A stretch of DNA of 64,000 nt from Calcarisporiella thermophila CBS 279.70 (taxonomy: Eukaryota > Fungi > Calcarisporiellomycota). The stretch spans positions 116,196 to 180,195 of the forward strand of contig NW_027192217.1 in NCBI RefSeq assembly GCF_041956535.1. The letters run 5' to 3'. Made by a program: the position numbers and the translations under genes. The notes below the pieces were generated by a model, which was not told where the DNA came from, did not search any database, and saw only the letters and a program-made list of their open reading frames with translations. Shown piece after piece: positions 47,673-59,196 of this stretch (the first letter of the stretch is position 1; the number at the start of each line of letters is the position of its first letter).

Positions 47673-49497
47673 CTATGCGACTCTTCTAAAGGGTGTAGTT
47701 GCAAATAATATCGTTAAATTAGCGAAAGAGAGGAGGGAACTGTCTTGTAGTGTCTAAAGTATCAACGGAATGATGGTTTTATTTCGTGAATAAAGGATGG
47801 CATAAAGTCGGAAAAAATAAATAACAAAGAAAAAGAAGAGAAGAAAGGCGAATTGCGAATCCACCTTAATCTATTACTAAGGGTTAAAATGGAAGGTCGG
47901 AGAGTTGATCGTTCTCAGGCACTTTAATGACCAATTTTGGTATATAAATGAAATCGCATTTTGGGTGAGGTGTTTCATCTTCAAGCGAATGCAAATTTAT
48001 CTTTTATGTGCAAGAGTGGATTAGGAGAGGCTGTTGAATTAAAATGCCTTGTACAACCAAGTTTTTTGCACTATGGTTATATACGATATAATAATGCAGC
48101 TTCTCTACGATATGGCCCAACTCTCTCATCATACCTCGCAAATCTATTCTTAATCTTATCTAGTCACTGTTTACATTTGCTAGTTTCTAGCCAAGATGAT
48201 AAATTAAAAGTGATATTGAATGAAAACACACGCTCCCACGCAATTAGGCTGATCTTACCAAAGGTGCATAGCTTCAATTAAGACCTCGCGAAAATGGATT
48301 AAATGCGTAGTTGAGGCCATTCTAGGATACGACGCAAGGTTAGAAGGAATGAGCCATGTGTTTTAAACAAAATTCGAGGTATTTCCAATGAAAGTGTTTA
48401 AATCTTATCGATTGTTGAGAATTCAAAAACATTGCATTGAAGTACAATATCTCTCCTTGAGCCTATATTGTGCTAAAAACGGTGGCTTGCAAAACGGCTC
48501 ACAATGCTATGTGGTTATCACATCGACAAGATTTTTAACCCCTAATTCAACTTAGTAGCCCATATTACATACTCGGGCCAATATTTCCAATAAATTTAGC
48601 CCACTGCCAAACACATCACGATGTAATCTCAGAGCTCGAATTAAATATCTATTTTGCGGCTTAGAGTAAATGAGCACCATGACTTAATTATGTTCAAAAA
48701 AGAGAGTTTAAAGAAAATATTCCCTAATGCACCTCTTATCTACTCGCATATGTATCGTGTTATCTAGTTGGTTGTAAACTATAAATATTTGTAGTTCAGG
48801 TTGCTATTAGCGTTGCCTATCGTTTGGTTCTTTGATTGTGATCTGAGAATTGGCCGATTGTTTTTATTTTTGCTATTAACCTAGCGGGGGCTGAGGGTGA
48901 GCTCTGGGCTTAGCAAAGGTTTAAATCAGGTAAAATAACTTGTTAAGCACTTATTAATTTTGGCTAGAGATGAATTGGTATTGCTAGCCCCTTTTCTGTG
49001 GTCAAACTCGTCCCATATGCGTACTGAATGGTTCAGCCTCGAAACGAACAGTTCTTGTGCTGCAACTTGAATTCAGAGACCTACAAACTCGAATTATATT
49101 TGGCAGGCTCTATTGACTTGTACGGCCACTTTTACTCCTCTCGGGGAAATATTTAAGATGCTATTCAAATTGAAGGCGCCTCTGTGGTTCAAACTCTGGA
49201 AAGATCCAGTAAATGGTTAGCTAAAGTGCGGAGCGGATGGTATCTGTGACTGCTATGCTTTGGATATTTGGTAAGTATGGCTTGTGGAACGCAATTGCGT
49301 TTTTTCGTTCTATTCAAAGTGTTCTATTTGTGCTTGCCAGTCTACCCTATTTTTATTCTTCATCTTTCGTTTCCTCTCCCCTTCATCTTCCTATAATCCC
49401 GCTGGAACGGTCCATCCCCTTTCACTTATTTATCATCATTTCTTGTATATCGAGTGTTTGAGTGGAAGACAAAGGAGGGGACAAGGAGGGAATCAGA

Positions 49498-51373
49498 ATG
49501 TCAAATTACGTATCATCGTCTGACTTTAAGACAGATCTAGAGTCCGGATCTTCACTTCCCTTTCGCGCTAGATCCACAAGGCTAACTGTGGAAGTGCCAG
49601 TCGCTCCATCTCATCCTCAGCCAAGCTCTCCTCATGCCATCTCCTCCCCACATCTAACATCTCCTGGTCGGTCATCCCCGTTACTTGGTCGCGCACCCTC
49701 CGGCTCCTTTCTTCCGCATAGCCCAGTCCGTCCCAAACGACGCCCGCTCTCCGGAACAGTGGCAGGCTATGTGCGTGACTTTCTTAACTGGCCACTGAAT
49801 TCATCCCTCCTCACACCCACTCATTCCCCATCCTCTTCGGGGAAGAGATGGTGGCTATCGCGAGCTTTCCGAATGGGAATTTTTCTAGTTACTGCCTTTT
49901 CGGTCCTTCTGACTACAGCCCATCTTTTTCGATGGATGGCGGTGGGATCATTGGACAAAAGGCATGTGGCATTGGTACAAACCCCAAAATTCGAGTTAAA
50001 ACGCACCTATGACCCTGGTAATGAAATCTCTTTGTCATGCCCGCACTTTTTCCTCCACAATTTATGATAGTACCTCTTTCTGTAGATATGCCGTACTCAG
50101 TGCTCTCAGAGTTTACCACGAAATACCGCCTGTCGAAAATGTTCTCGATGGAGCTCCCAGATACCCTAAGTCATGTGGATCCTTATTATCTAAGATCCGC
50201 GGTCCGCCCTGACCCAGAGTCTGTTACCCTACTCATGATTCTAGATGAAAATGGGCTTGATGATTTACCTCAAATGGCTAAGAGTTGGGGAGGTAAGGCT
50301 TTGGTGGAGCCATAGTTCTATTTCTCACTTGTTATTTAACACCCCCCCCCTTTTAGGGCCAATATCTGCCACTATTGCCATTTCAACCGATACCAAAAAC
50401 AGTCTTCCCAAACTCTCGGCCAAAGAGTTCGCCTTGTTAAAGCGTATTCGTGAACTTCACCAGTCAGAACCTGTACTTAAACGCAGCACCGATATTCATA
50501 TCATTTTTGAATCAATACCCTATAAGCCAATGCAACCACGTCGTAATCTCCACCGTAATCTGGCACGCCTATTCTCTCGTACGGATTATATTGCAGATTT
50601 CGCTCCGAATACCTGGCCGGTCACAGATATCCAGGAAGCATTGCAACTGCCTATGTATCTAGATAGGCTAAAAGATGGAGATGTGCTTGTCATTCCCACG
50701 TTTGCGTATAGAGCTAATTCTACTGCACGGGAAGTTCCATACTCTAAGGGCGCGGCACTACGGTTGGCTGAAGCGGGTGAGCTAACCCTCTTCGATCGAA
50801 GCTGGGAGGCGGGGACCGGGCCTACCGGGTACAACACTTGGCGCAATGAGAATCAGCTCTACAAAGTGGATGATTTCGAGCTACACTATGAGCCAAGCGT
50901 CATCATGTCAAAATCGCAACTGCCTTGGTAACTACACAGACATTCCACAATATTAAGAATCTGCTTGTATTTAATCCAATACTATTATTTTTTAGGTGTC
51001 CAGAAAAATTCAAGGACAATCGAGCATCGTGTCTATACGGTGCATATCTATCCGGTGCGGAATTCTATGTTATGCCCGAGGACTTTTTAATACAAAAGCC
51101 AGGCACCCCAGAGCACCCTGGGGATGAGTCTTTATTTGAGGTATTTATCATGTGCTCAATAGAAAATCATGCTTACAATATTAATTGTATTAATGGTATG
51201 GTACACAGAAATTGTTTGGAGAACGTCTTTATCTTAAATATCAGCAAGAGCAATGCCTCAGGCATGCGGGTCGTTTCGTCTCTCTAGGGCTCTGGAACAC
51301 ACCTCGGTCGCAGCATTGCAAGGTGCAGTGCGCAAATGTGTTAAGAGCTTGGGGTAAGGGGATTTTAAGCTGA
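49498..51373 (+). CDS. Glycosyltransferase family 49 (LARGE/B4GAT1-like) type II membrane protein
   Basis: TM segment GIFLVTAFSVLLTTAHL, WGGPISATI, DIHII, NLHRNLARLFSRTDY, VLVIPTF, YEPSVI...PWCPEKF and YLSGAEFYVMPEDFLI. Five exons. Confidence 0.8.
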
Positions 51374-51954
51374 ATATAATATAATAAAGATACTTTACGA
51401 TATATTAGCAAATATCTATCTCTGGGGTTATCCTTATTTTGTAATTATGCTCTTTGTGTTTGTGCTTTTATGGTTGATTATCCGCTGAATAGATAACTTT
51501 TGAATTTGATTTCTAATAAACGTCCCGACGTTATTATCCGATGACGCGACGTGTTAAAAGAATCAATTTAGGTGCATCAGCGAAGCAAAATTCGCCGCTT
51601 TATTCACTTTTAATTTTTTTTTTTCGCGTTCTTTTTTTCTTTATTCATCGTTTTCGCTTTGTATAACCTGTTACCATTTCATTGACAATACCTCTAAATT
51701 ATCACCATACTGGCTCTATCTCTCGACGACTCGTCCATTCCACGTACATCTGTAGTACTTATGCTCTCTTCATCTCTTTGATTGATTTACGCTCTTTCAA
51801 AATCAACTATTTTTAATTTTCTTAGATCACTTTGCATTTTTACATATTTTTATCCCCCCTCCCCGCCTCCTCCCATTGTGACCTTTTTTATTTTCCATTC
51901 ATATTTTTATCTGCCACTACTCTATAAACGCGAATAGAATATTACTGAGAGGGC

Positions 51955-54365
51955 ATGGGTTTTTGCAAACGGTGTGGAGAGATTTCTTCGTTGAGCAAGT
52001 GTCGAAAATGTGGAGGGATGGTAGTTGGTAAACTATCCTTCAAAGAATACTTAGAATCTCCTAGGTTATTTTTATTTCGGGCTTACATTCATTTTTCATT
52101 TTTAGCTTCTGCTGCAAGTGGACTTGGTGAAGATAATCTTGATCGCTGGTCGAGCGCGTAAGTAATTTAACATCATTGAAATTGTGTACATAAAACTTTT
52201 AGAGGCACGCGCTTTAATCTTGTTTTTATAATGTTTAGTTATCTGAAGACTGCAAATGGCGATATAGAAGCCACACTGAAACGACTCACTATATCGTCAC
52301 GTCCTAGTTCTGTGTTGGGCAAACGGGGGTGCAATGATTGCGGGGCAGCTCTCTCCGTGAACAGCGCAAATTTTGAACAGGAGACGCTTGAAAAATTCTT
52401 TTGTTCATCGTGCTATACGAAGCGTTTCAGTAAGGGTGACTGGTACGAATTGATTAATGTCTATTCAGTTGAGGTTAAACAGATTATCTAACCCTTTCCA
52501 TATTGAACTAGTCGCGCATGCCTGAAGCCCGTGATTTCTAAAGAGTCGTCTTGGGTTAGCCATGGCCAGCGCGTTTGGCACAAGAATTGCTTTCGATGCA
52601 GACACTGTGATAGCCTAGTGCCGAACCCGCTCGTTGACCTTGTAGGGCGTCCTACCTGTGAAGATTGTCTATTGTCGAAAAAAAGCGAATCGCATACAGA
52701 ACAGCCCATTGTACATGCCACACCTCCTTCTTCCCCGGAGCCAGTGAGAGTCGCATCTCCCATCTCAGTAGTTTCAGACCATTACAGCCCCTACATTCGA
52801 TCTGATTCCCCTTCATTTTACGGCAGCGACCGGAACGGATGTTATCCAATAGTGTCATATTCTTTGTTGGCGCGTTCAGGATCAAGCGTTTCGTCCATCT
52901 CGGATATTACCACCACTACTACAACGACCAACACATCCAATGGCTCCAGGCCTTCAACTCCAACTTCAACGATCTCGTGCAGCTCCCGTACATCTCCTAT
53001 GTCTCCGGAAGACATATTGGAAACTGGGACAGTGCGCTATCGGCGCGATAGAGCCATGTCATCTGTACGGAGAACATTTGTCGAGCCTCCGCTCTTTCGG
53101 AGAGAACGCGCCAAATCCTCCCCCAGATTCACTTTTGTTCCCGTTCGAGAACATCCTGAGAACGTTGATTCAGAGATCGCTTATAATAAGCAAGTTCCCG
53201 TAGGGGCGAGCCCTAGGGGAGAAGTCGAGTCAACTACAGCTGCCAATGGCTTGCACGAAACAGCAGCCGATAAAGAAGTCAATTCGCCTCACAATACTAG
53301 TGTTGATTTAACGACCCAGGATGAAACGGTGCACGAATACAAATATCCCATTCAGTCTCCAGAGAAGATGCCTACACCCACGCGTCGCGAACGAGCCCTA
53401 TCGACTCCGAGTCGTCCGCATACTGCTCCCAGTGCTATCGAAAAACAGGGGATCCTAACCCGAAGTCCACATTCGAAGCGTGGTAGTGTTCAGCATGGCC
53501 AGAGTCGGTATTGCACAAAATGTCGCGAGGTGATTCAAGGGTCTAGCGTGCGGCTGAAGTCCGGCGACTCTTATCACATTTACTGTTTTACGTGTGCGGG
53601 TTGTCACCAAGAATTTACTGAAAGCGAATTTGTTTGGAGTGGAGGAAAACCTTATCACTTCAAGGTATCTGTCATTGAGTTTTAGCCCCTTATCATGTTT
53701 ATCTAATGTCTGTTATGATTAGTGTGTACCCAAGTCCACTGAGGTTACCTCCATCAAGTGCGCAAAGTGCGACTTGGCTATTTCAGATAAATTCATCAGA
53801 ATCGATGGGGCCAATTACCACTTAACGGTTAGTGAAGAGCGTGCTTCCACGTATAATCCAACTTTACTTAATTCAATTCTGTTATATATAGTGTTTCTGC
53901 TGTGAGCAATGCCATAAGACGCTTCAGCCGAATTCCCACTATTTTGAGATGGATGGAAATAGGTTGTGCACCTCTTGCGGCTCTCACCTCTCCGTTCCCG
54001 GGCCAGCGGAAAAAATCGTCCCTTCGCTTCGAAACAACAATCCTGCACCTGTCTTTCCAAATGATCGTCTCAGCGAGCCCCCCCGAATGTCCTCACTCTT
54101 TAGCTCACGTACTAAGCCTCTACCGAAGTTAGGCGGAATGACGCATTGTCCGCGTTGCAGACTTCCAGTTGCGTTCATGGAGCAGACACCGGGCCCGAGG
54201 GCCACGAAATGGCATCGTAAATGCCTGAAGTGCTTAAAGTGTCGAAAGGAACTGGACAGTGGTGCTAACGTGACGCCAGACGGGGTGGGGCCATTTTGTA
54301 GAGCCTGCTTCAACAAGTACAAGGTGGATCCCTCTATATGTGAAAAGGTGGTGTTGGAATTATAA
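51955..54365 (+). CDS. Multi-LIM-domain zinc finger protein
   Basis: Repeated CxxC...HxxCxxCxxC...CxxC (WHKNCFRCRHC, YHIYCFTCAGC, WHRKCLKCLKC) and a Ser/Thr-rich linker. Multi-exon. Confidence 0.85.
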
Positions 54366-55141
54366 ACAGCTCTTTACCCTTGGCATTTATTAATTTTGTA
54401 TTAAGTTTATTTTCTCGTTTCTTTTGTCGTCTATACATATTTTTTGTCTTATTAGTTTTTTTATTCACTTTACCCTTTACCTACAGTCTATATTCTGTCC
54501 CAGAGTGGATAGGAGGATTTTATAACCTTTCGAATAGTAATTTTTCTATACACTATTTTTTCTTTTTCTAACCCCAATTGAAAATGGCATAATACAATAT
54601 TATCCCCTAGTTTCTTAGCTCCTTATCACAATCCCCTGTTCTCGAGACAAAAAATTGAGTCTGAATTGTTCTGAAACATTATGATCTGCAAACCCTGCTC
54701 CCATCTTTTTTTAATGAGAATGCGAAATTTTTTCCATGAGCAGCGACGGGAAACCAGGAGCTCGGTTCTTTTTCCTGTTTATTTTTTTTTTTGAAAAAAA
54801 CATAGTGTTTCGAGTAAACAATTGACTTTACAGAGGTTGCGTCTCTTGTAGGCTTTTGTTCTCCATCTATCACCTCCCTATTCTACCGACCTTGAACTAG
54901 TGCTTCTATGTTATACTCATTGCGTAACCCCGCTCACCCTCTAACATAGTACGCATTGTTCCCTCCTCACTCCCCCCCTTTTTTTTGCCTCGTATTCCCT
55001 ATTCTATTCCCTTTCTTATTATATTATTTGTATTATTCATTATTCTCTTTTCCCCAGCCAAGGTCTTATCTACATAGGAAAAAATACAATTCTCTTATTC
55101 TATCTTGGCAGTTTTTGAGAATTCATCCCCACCGTCTCGTT

Positions 55142-56176
55142 ATGTCTGAAGATTCCTCCTCACCTCAAGGTGATAACTCTACTTACCTCGCAGGACTTTC
55201 TGCGAGTGAATTTGCCACGTCGACAACCGATGCTTTGCAGGAAGATTTGCTTACGTTGCGTGCTCTAGTGACAACTCGAGAGGCTGGTGTCATCATCGGC
55301 AAGGCAGGACAAACAGTTGCTCATCTCCGTGACTCAACGGGTGTGCGCGCTGGAGTTTCAAAGCTCGTACCGGGCGTGAATGAGCGTATTCTGACAGTGC
55401 AAGGGGGGATTGATGCCGTTGCCGAGGCGTATGGCTTAGTAGCCCAAAGTCTCTTAGAGAATCCACCCCATGCCCCTCCTCCTGGGCAAGCTAACACAAC
55501 TCTTACTATACGGTTGCTCATTTCGCACAATCTTATGGGAACTATCATTGGGAAGCAAGGAGCAAAAATAAAAGAGATCCAGGACGGAAGCGGCGCAAGA
55601 CTTACTGCGGCAAAAGAGATGCTCCCTCAGAGCACAGAACGGGTTGTGGAGGTGGTGGGCACAGTCGGCGCGGTGAGGGATGCTATTCGAGAGGTCGGAA
55701 GGTGTCTCGTGGAGGAGAAAGAGAGAGGTGTCGGGACGGTTTTGTATGTGCCAGGGGGAAACCCAGTGGCAGGGAGAAGAGAATCTTTAGGTGGTGCAAG
55801 GCGGGAATCGGTGGGGACGCTTGGTGTCCGACGCGAGTCGCTTGGAAATACTCTGGGGGGCGGAGTAAGGCGGGAATCGGTTCCCTCTGGGAATGGCATT
55901 AACGACCCCAGCATTTGCACCCAAACCATTGCCATCCCCCCCTCTATGGTTGGATGCATCATCGGCAAGGGCGGCGCTCGCATCGCCGAAATCCGTCGTG
56001 CATCCGGATGCCGTATCGATATTGCCCGTGAACCACACGATGAAAGCGGAGATAGAGTATTTACGCTCCAGGGAACTCCAGAACAGAATGAAAGGGCGCT
56101 GATGATGTTATATAGTCAGCTGGAAGCCGAAAAGGAGCGACGCTTAAGCCTGGCCACCGTGGAAGAAAACGAATAA
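55142..56176 (+). CDS. Triple-KH-domain RNA-binding protein (hnRNP K/PCBP; Hek2/Rnc1-like)
   Basis: Three KH GxxG motifs (IIGKAG, IIGKQG, IIGKGG), LRALVTTREAG, EMLPQSTER and C-terminal LYSQLEAEKERRL. Intronless. Confidence 0.92.
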   Translation: MSEDSSSPQGDNSTYLAGLSASEFATSTTDALQEDLLTLRALVTTREAGVIIGKAGQTVAHLRDSTGVRAGVSKLVPGVNERILTVQGGIDAVAEAYGLVAQSLLENPPHAPPPGQANTTLTIRLLISHNLMGTIIGKQGAKIKEIQDGSGARLTAAKEMLPQSTERVVEVVGTVGAVRDAIREVGRCLVEEKERGVGTVLYVPGGNPVAGRRESLGGARRESVGTLGVRRESLGNTLGGGVRRESVPSGNGINDPSICTQTIAIPPSMVGCIIGKGGARIAEIRRASGCRIDIAREPHDESGDRVFTLQGTPEQNERALMMLYSQLEAEKERRLSLATVEENE

Positions 56177-56514
56177 ATCTTGTTTTTACATCCCACACCT
56201 GTCTTATTCATTCGGTACATATCTTTTTTTTTTTTCTTTGTCTGTTTGTTTGTCTGTCTGTTTGTCTCCTTTTGTGCTTTGTTCTTGGGTTTAAAACGAA
56301 CTCCTTCGATACTGATTCTCTTTAATTATACTCTTTGATTCGGGCTATTTTTTTTTGTTTCCTTCGTGTGTGGGTGTGCTCATTATTCTTTTCTTTTTCT
56401 TTTTCATTTTTGTTTCTTTCAAGCAAATATCACTTCATCTTTCATCATTAATAGCTTCAAAATTACAATATCCAATAAACTAAATTATATACAATATTCA
56501 CCATCGCCCAAACT

Positions 56515-57692
56515 TTATGCACTGTAATCCTCATCCGGCAACAAGTCGGGCAATGGTCTATCCTCTAGTCGTGGTTCGTCACTCACCTTGTTATTGACGA
56601 TCAGGGTATTCTCCAGTCTATCCGAAAGCCCCACATCATCTTCATCTAAAAATGCATCCAATGCATTCCTATCCTCAAGGGTATCCTCAAGCTCCAGCTG
56701 ATACAATGCGGAGCTAGTGAGTTCTGGTGGCCTTTGTATGGTCACGTTCTGGTACAACCGCTGTGGCTCTCCCTCTCTCTGCCGCGCATATTCTCTCATC
56801 CTTTCTTCGAACGCAGTCTGCAGCCGTCGACTTTTCCGTTCGTTTAGCTCTCTTTTTTTACGCTCATATTCTCTCATCTTTTCTCGCTGATAGGCCTCAA
56901 ACTCTTGCGCCTGTGAGCGCTTCCAATCTTCGAAGCTTATCACTTCTTGCTCGCTCTCTGCACTCTCAATAAGCCGCTCAATACGGGCCAGCGAGAGCTG
57001 GATGGTAGAGGCCAAGGTAGCGACCTCATCTAGATTGCGGCGGACCTCTGGTAATAAGTCTGCTTCTTTTTCCATGAGATCGCACGCGTTGTTTTGCGAT
57101 TCAAATGTTCTAAAAAGTGCGAGGATAAGATCCTCCGCTTCCTGGAAGAAAATAAGTTAGACTCTTGAGATGGTAATGAGGAGGAATGTAATGTTATACA
57201 AACCCTTGCTTTTTCATAATTTTCCTGATTAGTTTCACGAATAACTTGCCATTGTTTTTCAAAACTCAAGACAAGCTCGGTGCATGCAGTTAGATCGGGA
57301 TTTATTGGTGGGTATAATATGTTTTTTCTGGGAGAAATACAGAAACCATTGTCAAAATCTGAATGCTGATATGTTGTAATGATACCTACTGTGAACCGGG
57401 TCGATGGACAAATGTTTCACTGAATTGTTCAAAGTTGGATTTGGACGATCGAGCACTGCAATAAAGATGTAATAAAAAAGTTTAGTAAAACTAGGGGATA
57501 GGGAAATGGTCGCGTCTGGTGTCTACCGTGAGTGGGAACTTGACTGCTCATCACTATTTATGAAATAGAGGTTATGTCGCATTCAATTTTTTAAGACTCA
57601 TATCACAAAATTTTCATTACCTTCCACTCCTTATAAGATCCCTGATATTGAGTGGGGTGGAGGGGAGGATTTTTTTTTAGCTGCTGGAACAT
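56515..57692 (-). CDS. Dysbindin-like coiled-coil protein (BLOC-1 subunit); apparent +1 homopolymer error in exon 1
   Basis: Five exons. CTELVLSFEKQWQVI, LLPEVRRNLDEV, QEFEAYQREK, LQTAFEERMREY and ALDAFL are collinear with remembered animal dysbindin segments (LELLSRYEDTW, LPALIADLE, QQLENYKKNK, FEEAFQQDMEQY, ALDVFL). Confidence 0.65.
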
Positions 57693-57997
57693 AATCGCCA
57701 GTTGGCAGCTTGCATTTCTCGCCACCAACGATCTAATACTTAACTACCAATTCAAGTCGTGACTACTATTGTTACGTCAACGAACTTGGATTGGTTCTTG
57801 ATTTGTGACTTGCGTTTGGAAAGGAGAGGTAAGCAAAAAGGGACATGTCAATTTATTGCTATATCCATTCTGTTTTTTCTCCAAATTTTCATATAGCTTA
57901 CACACATCAATTCTAGAGAAGGTAGGTAGCTTTAGCTGTTTTGTTTGCTAAATGTTCAGAGAGGGTTGACTTGTTATGGACCTTGATTTCCTTAGCT

Positions 57998-58789
57998 ATG
58001 ACGTCCCCCTCAACTCCTCCTCCAGGATGCCCTATGCATCAAAAATCGTCCACTTCACAATCCTCTCCCACTGAAAATGACCAATCCTCCTGCCCCTTCC
58101 ACTATGGAGATGCCCTCAACCCCAGCAATCAAATTCCAGCTAACCTGGCTCAGCAGCCAGCTCCTGGCCAACGCATTGAGCTTCCTACCGAGCGCTCTAT
58201 TTCGTCCATTCCAAAATCAAATTCTGAGGAAAAGTGGGAGTATCCTTCCCCACAGCAATTCTACAACGCTTTGAGGAGAAAGGGATGGGAGACCCCTGAG
58301 GAACACGTAGAGACTATGGTCGATATCCATAATTTCCTCAATGAAGAGGCATGGAGTGAGGTGTTGAAGTGGGAAAAGATGCATGAATGGTAGGTCTCCA
58401 TTCTTCACTTAATTCTTCAGCTAATTTCGACCTGCAAACACTCATGTATATTGATTTTTCACTACAGTGAATGTGCTCAAGGCCCCACCCTTCTTCGCTT
58501 CCGTGGCCGCCCTCAGGATCTTTCTCCCAAGGCACGTCTACTTGGCTTGTTTTATGGAACCCCTCGGCCTTTTGACCGACACGACTGGACCGTTGACCGG
58601 TGCGGCAAAGAAGTCCGCTATGTGATTGACTATTATGAGGCTCCCGAAGAGCAACCGGGAGTTCCTGTATTCCATCTGGATGTTAGGCCTGCTGTGGACA
58701 ATATGGAGAGTTTGTGCGATAGAGTGAAGGTAGCTTCCAAGGAGTTTTGGGCACGGGTGTGGTCGACAAGCCAACAAAAAAATGCTTAA
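57998..58789 (+). CDS. HCCS: Holocytochrome c/c1 synthase (heme lyase)
   Basis: CP heme-regulatory motifs (GCPMH, SCPFH), [35 protein letters not shown] and VRYVIDYY. One intron. Confidence 0.95.
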
Positions 58790-59196
58790 GGGAAACAGAA
58801 AGTGGTTTTGGTTTACTTGGCTATGTAATATTTAACTATAAATTGATTTAATTGCGTATATTTTTTTATTACTTACTTCTTTTTCGACTCTAAGCCCTGA
58901 GCATTATTATTTAACCTTTTTTTCGTTTTTTTTTGTTTTCCTTCTTGTAAGAGGTTATGATCTGATCTTCGTGTCTTTTTTTTTTCGTTATATACATGTC
59001 TGCAAGACTAAAATTGAATCATAAAAAAAGAGGCCTTTTTTATAAAACCAGCATAGTTCTTTCTATTCACATGTGCAGGAGAAAAAAATAAAGTTAGGGA
59101 TAAAAAAGGGGGAAACAGCACCAACACTCACTTTTTATATAAATGTATAAGAAGAAAAGAAGAAAAAAATATATAACCCGTCTAGTTTAAACATCC

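Noticed and set aside
47700-49450. 1.7-kb AT-rich interval with small ORFs
   Set aside because: No coding signature or repeat structure seen; consistent with a divergent promoter region.
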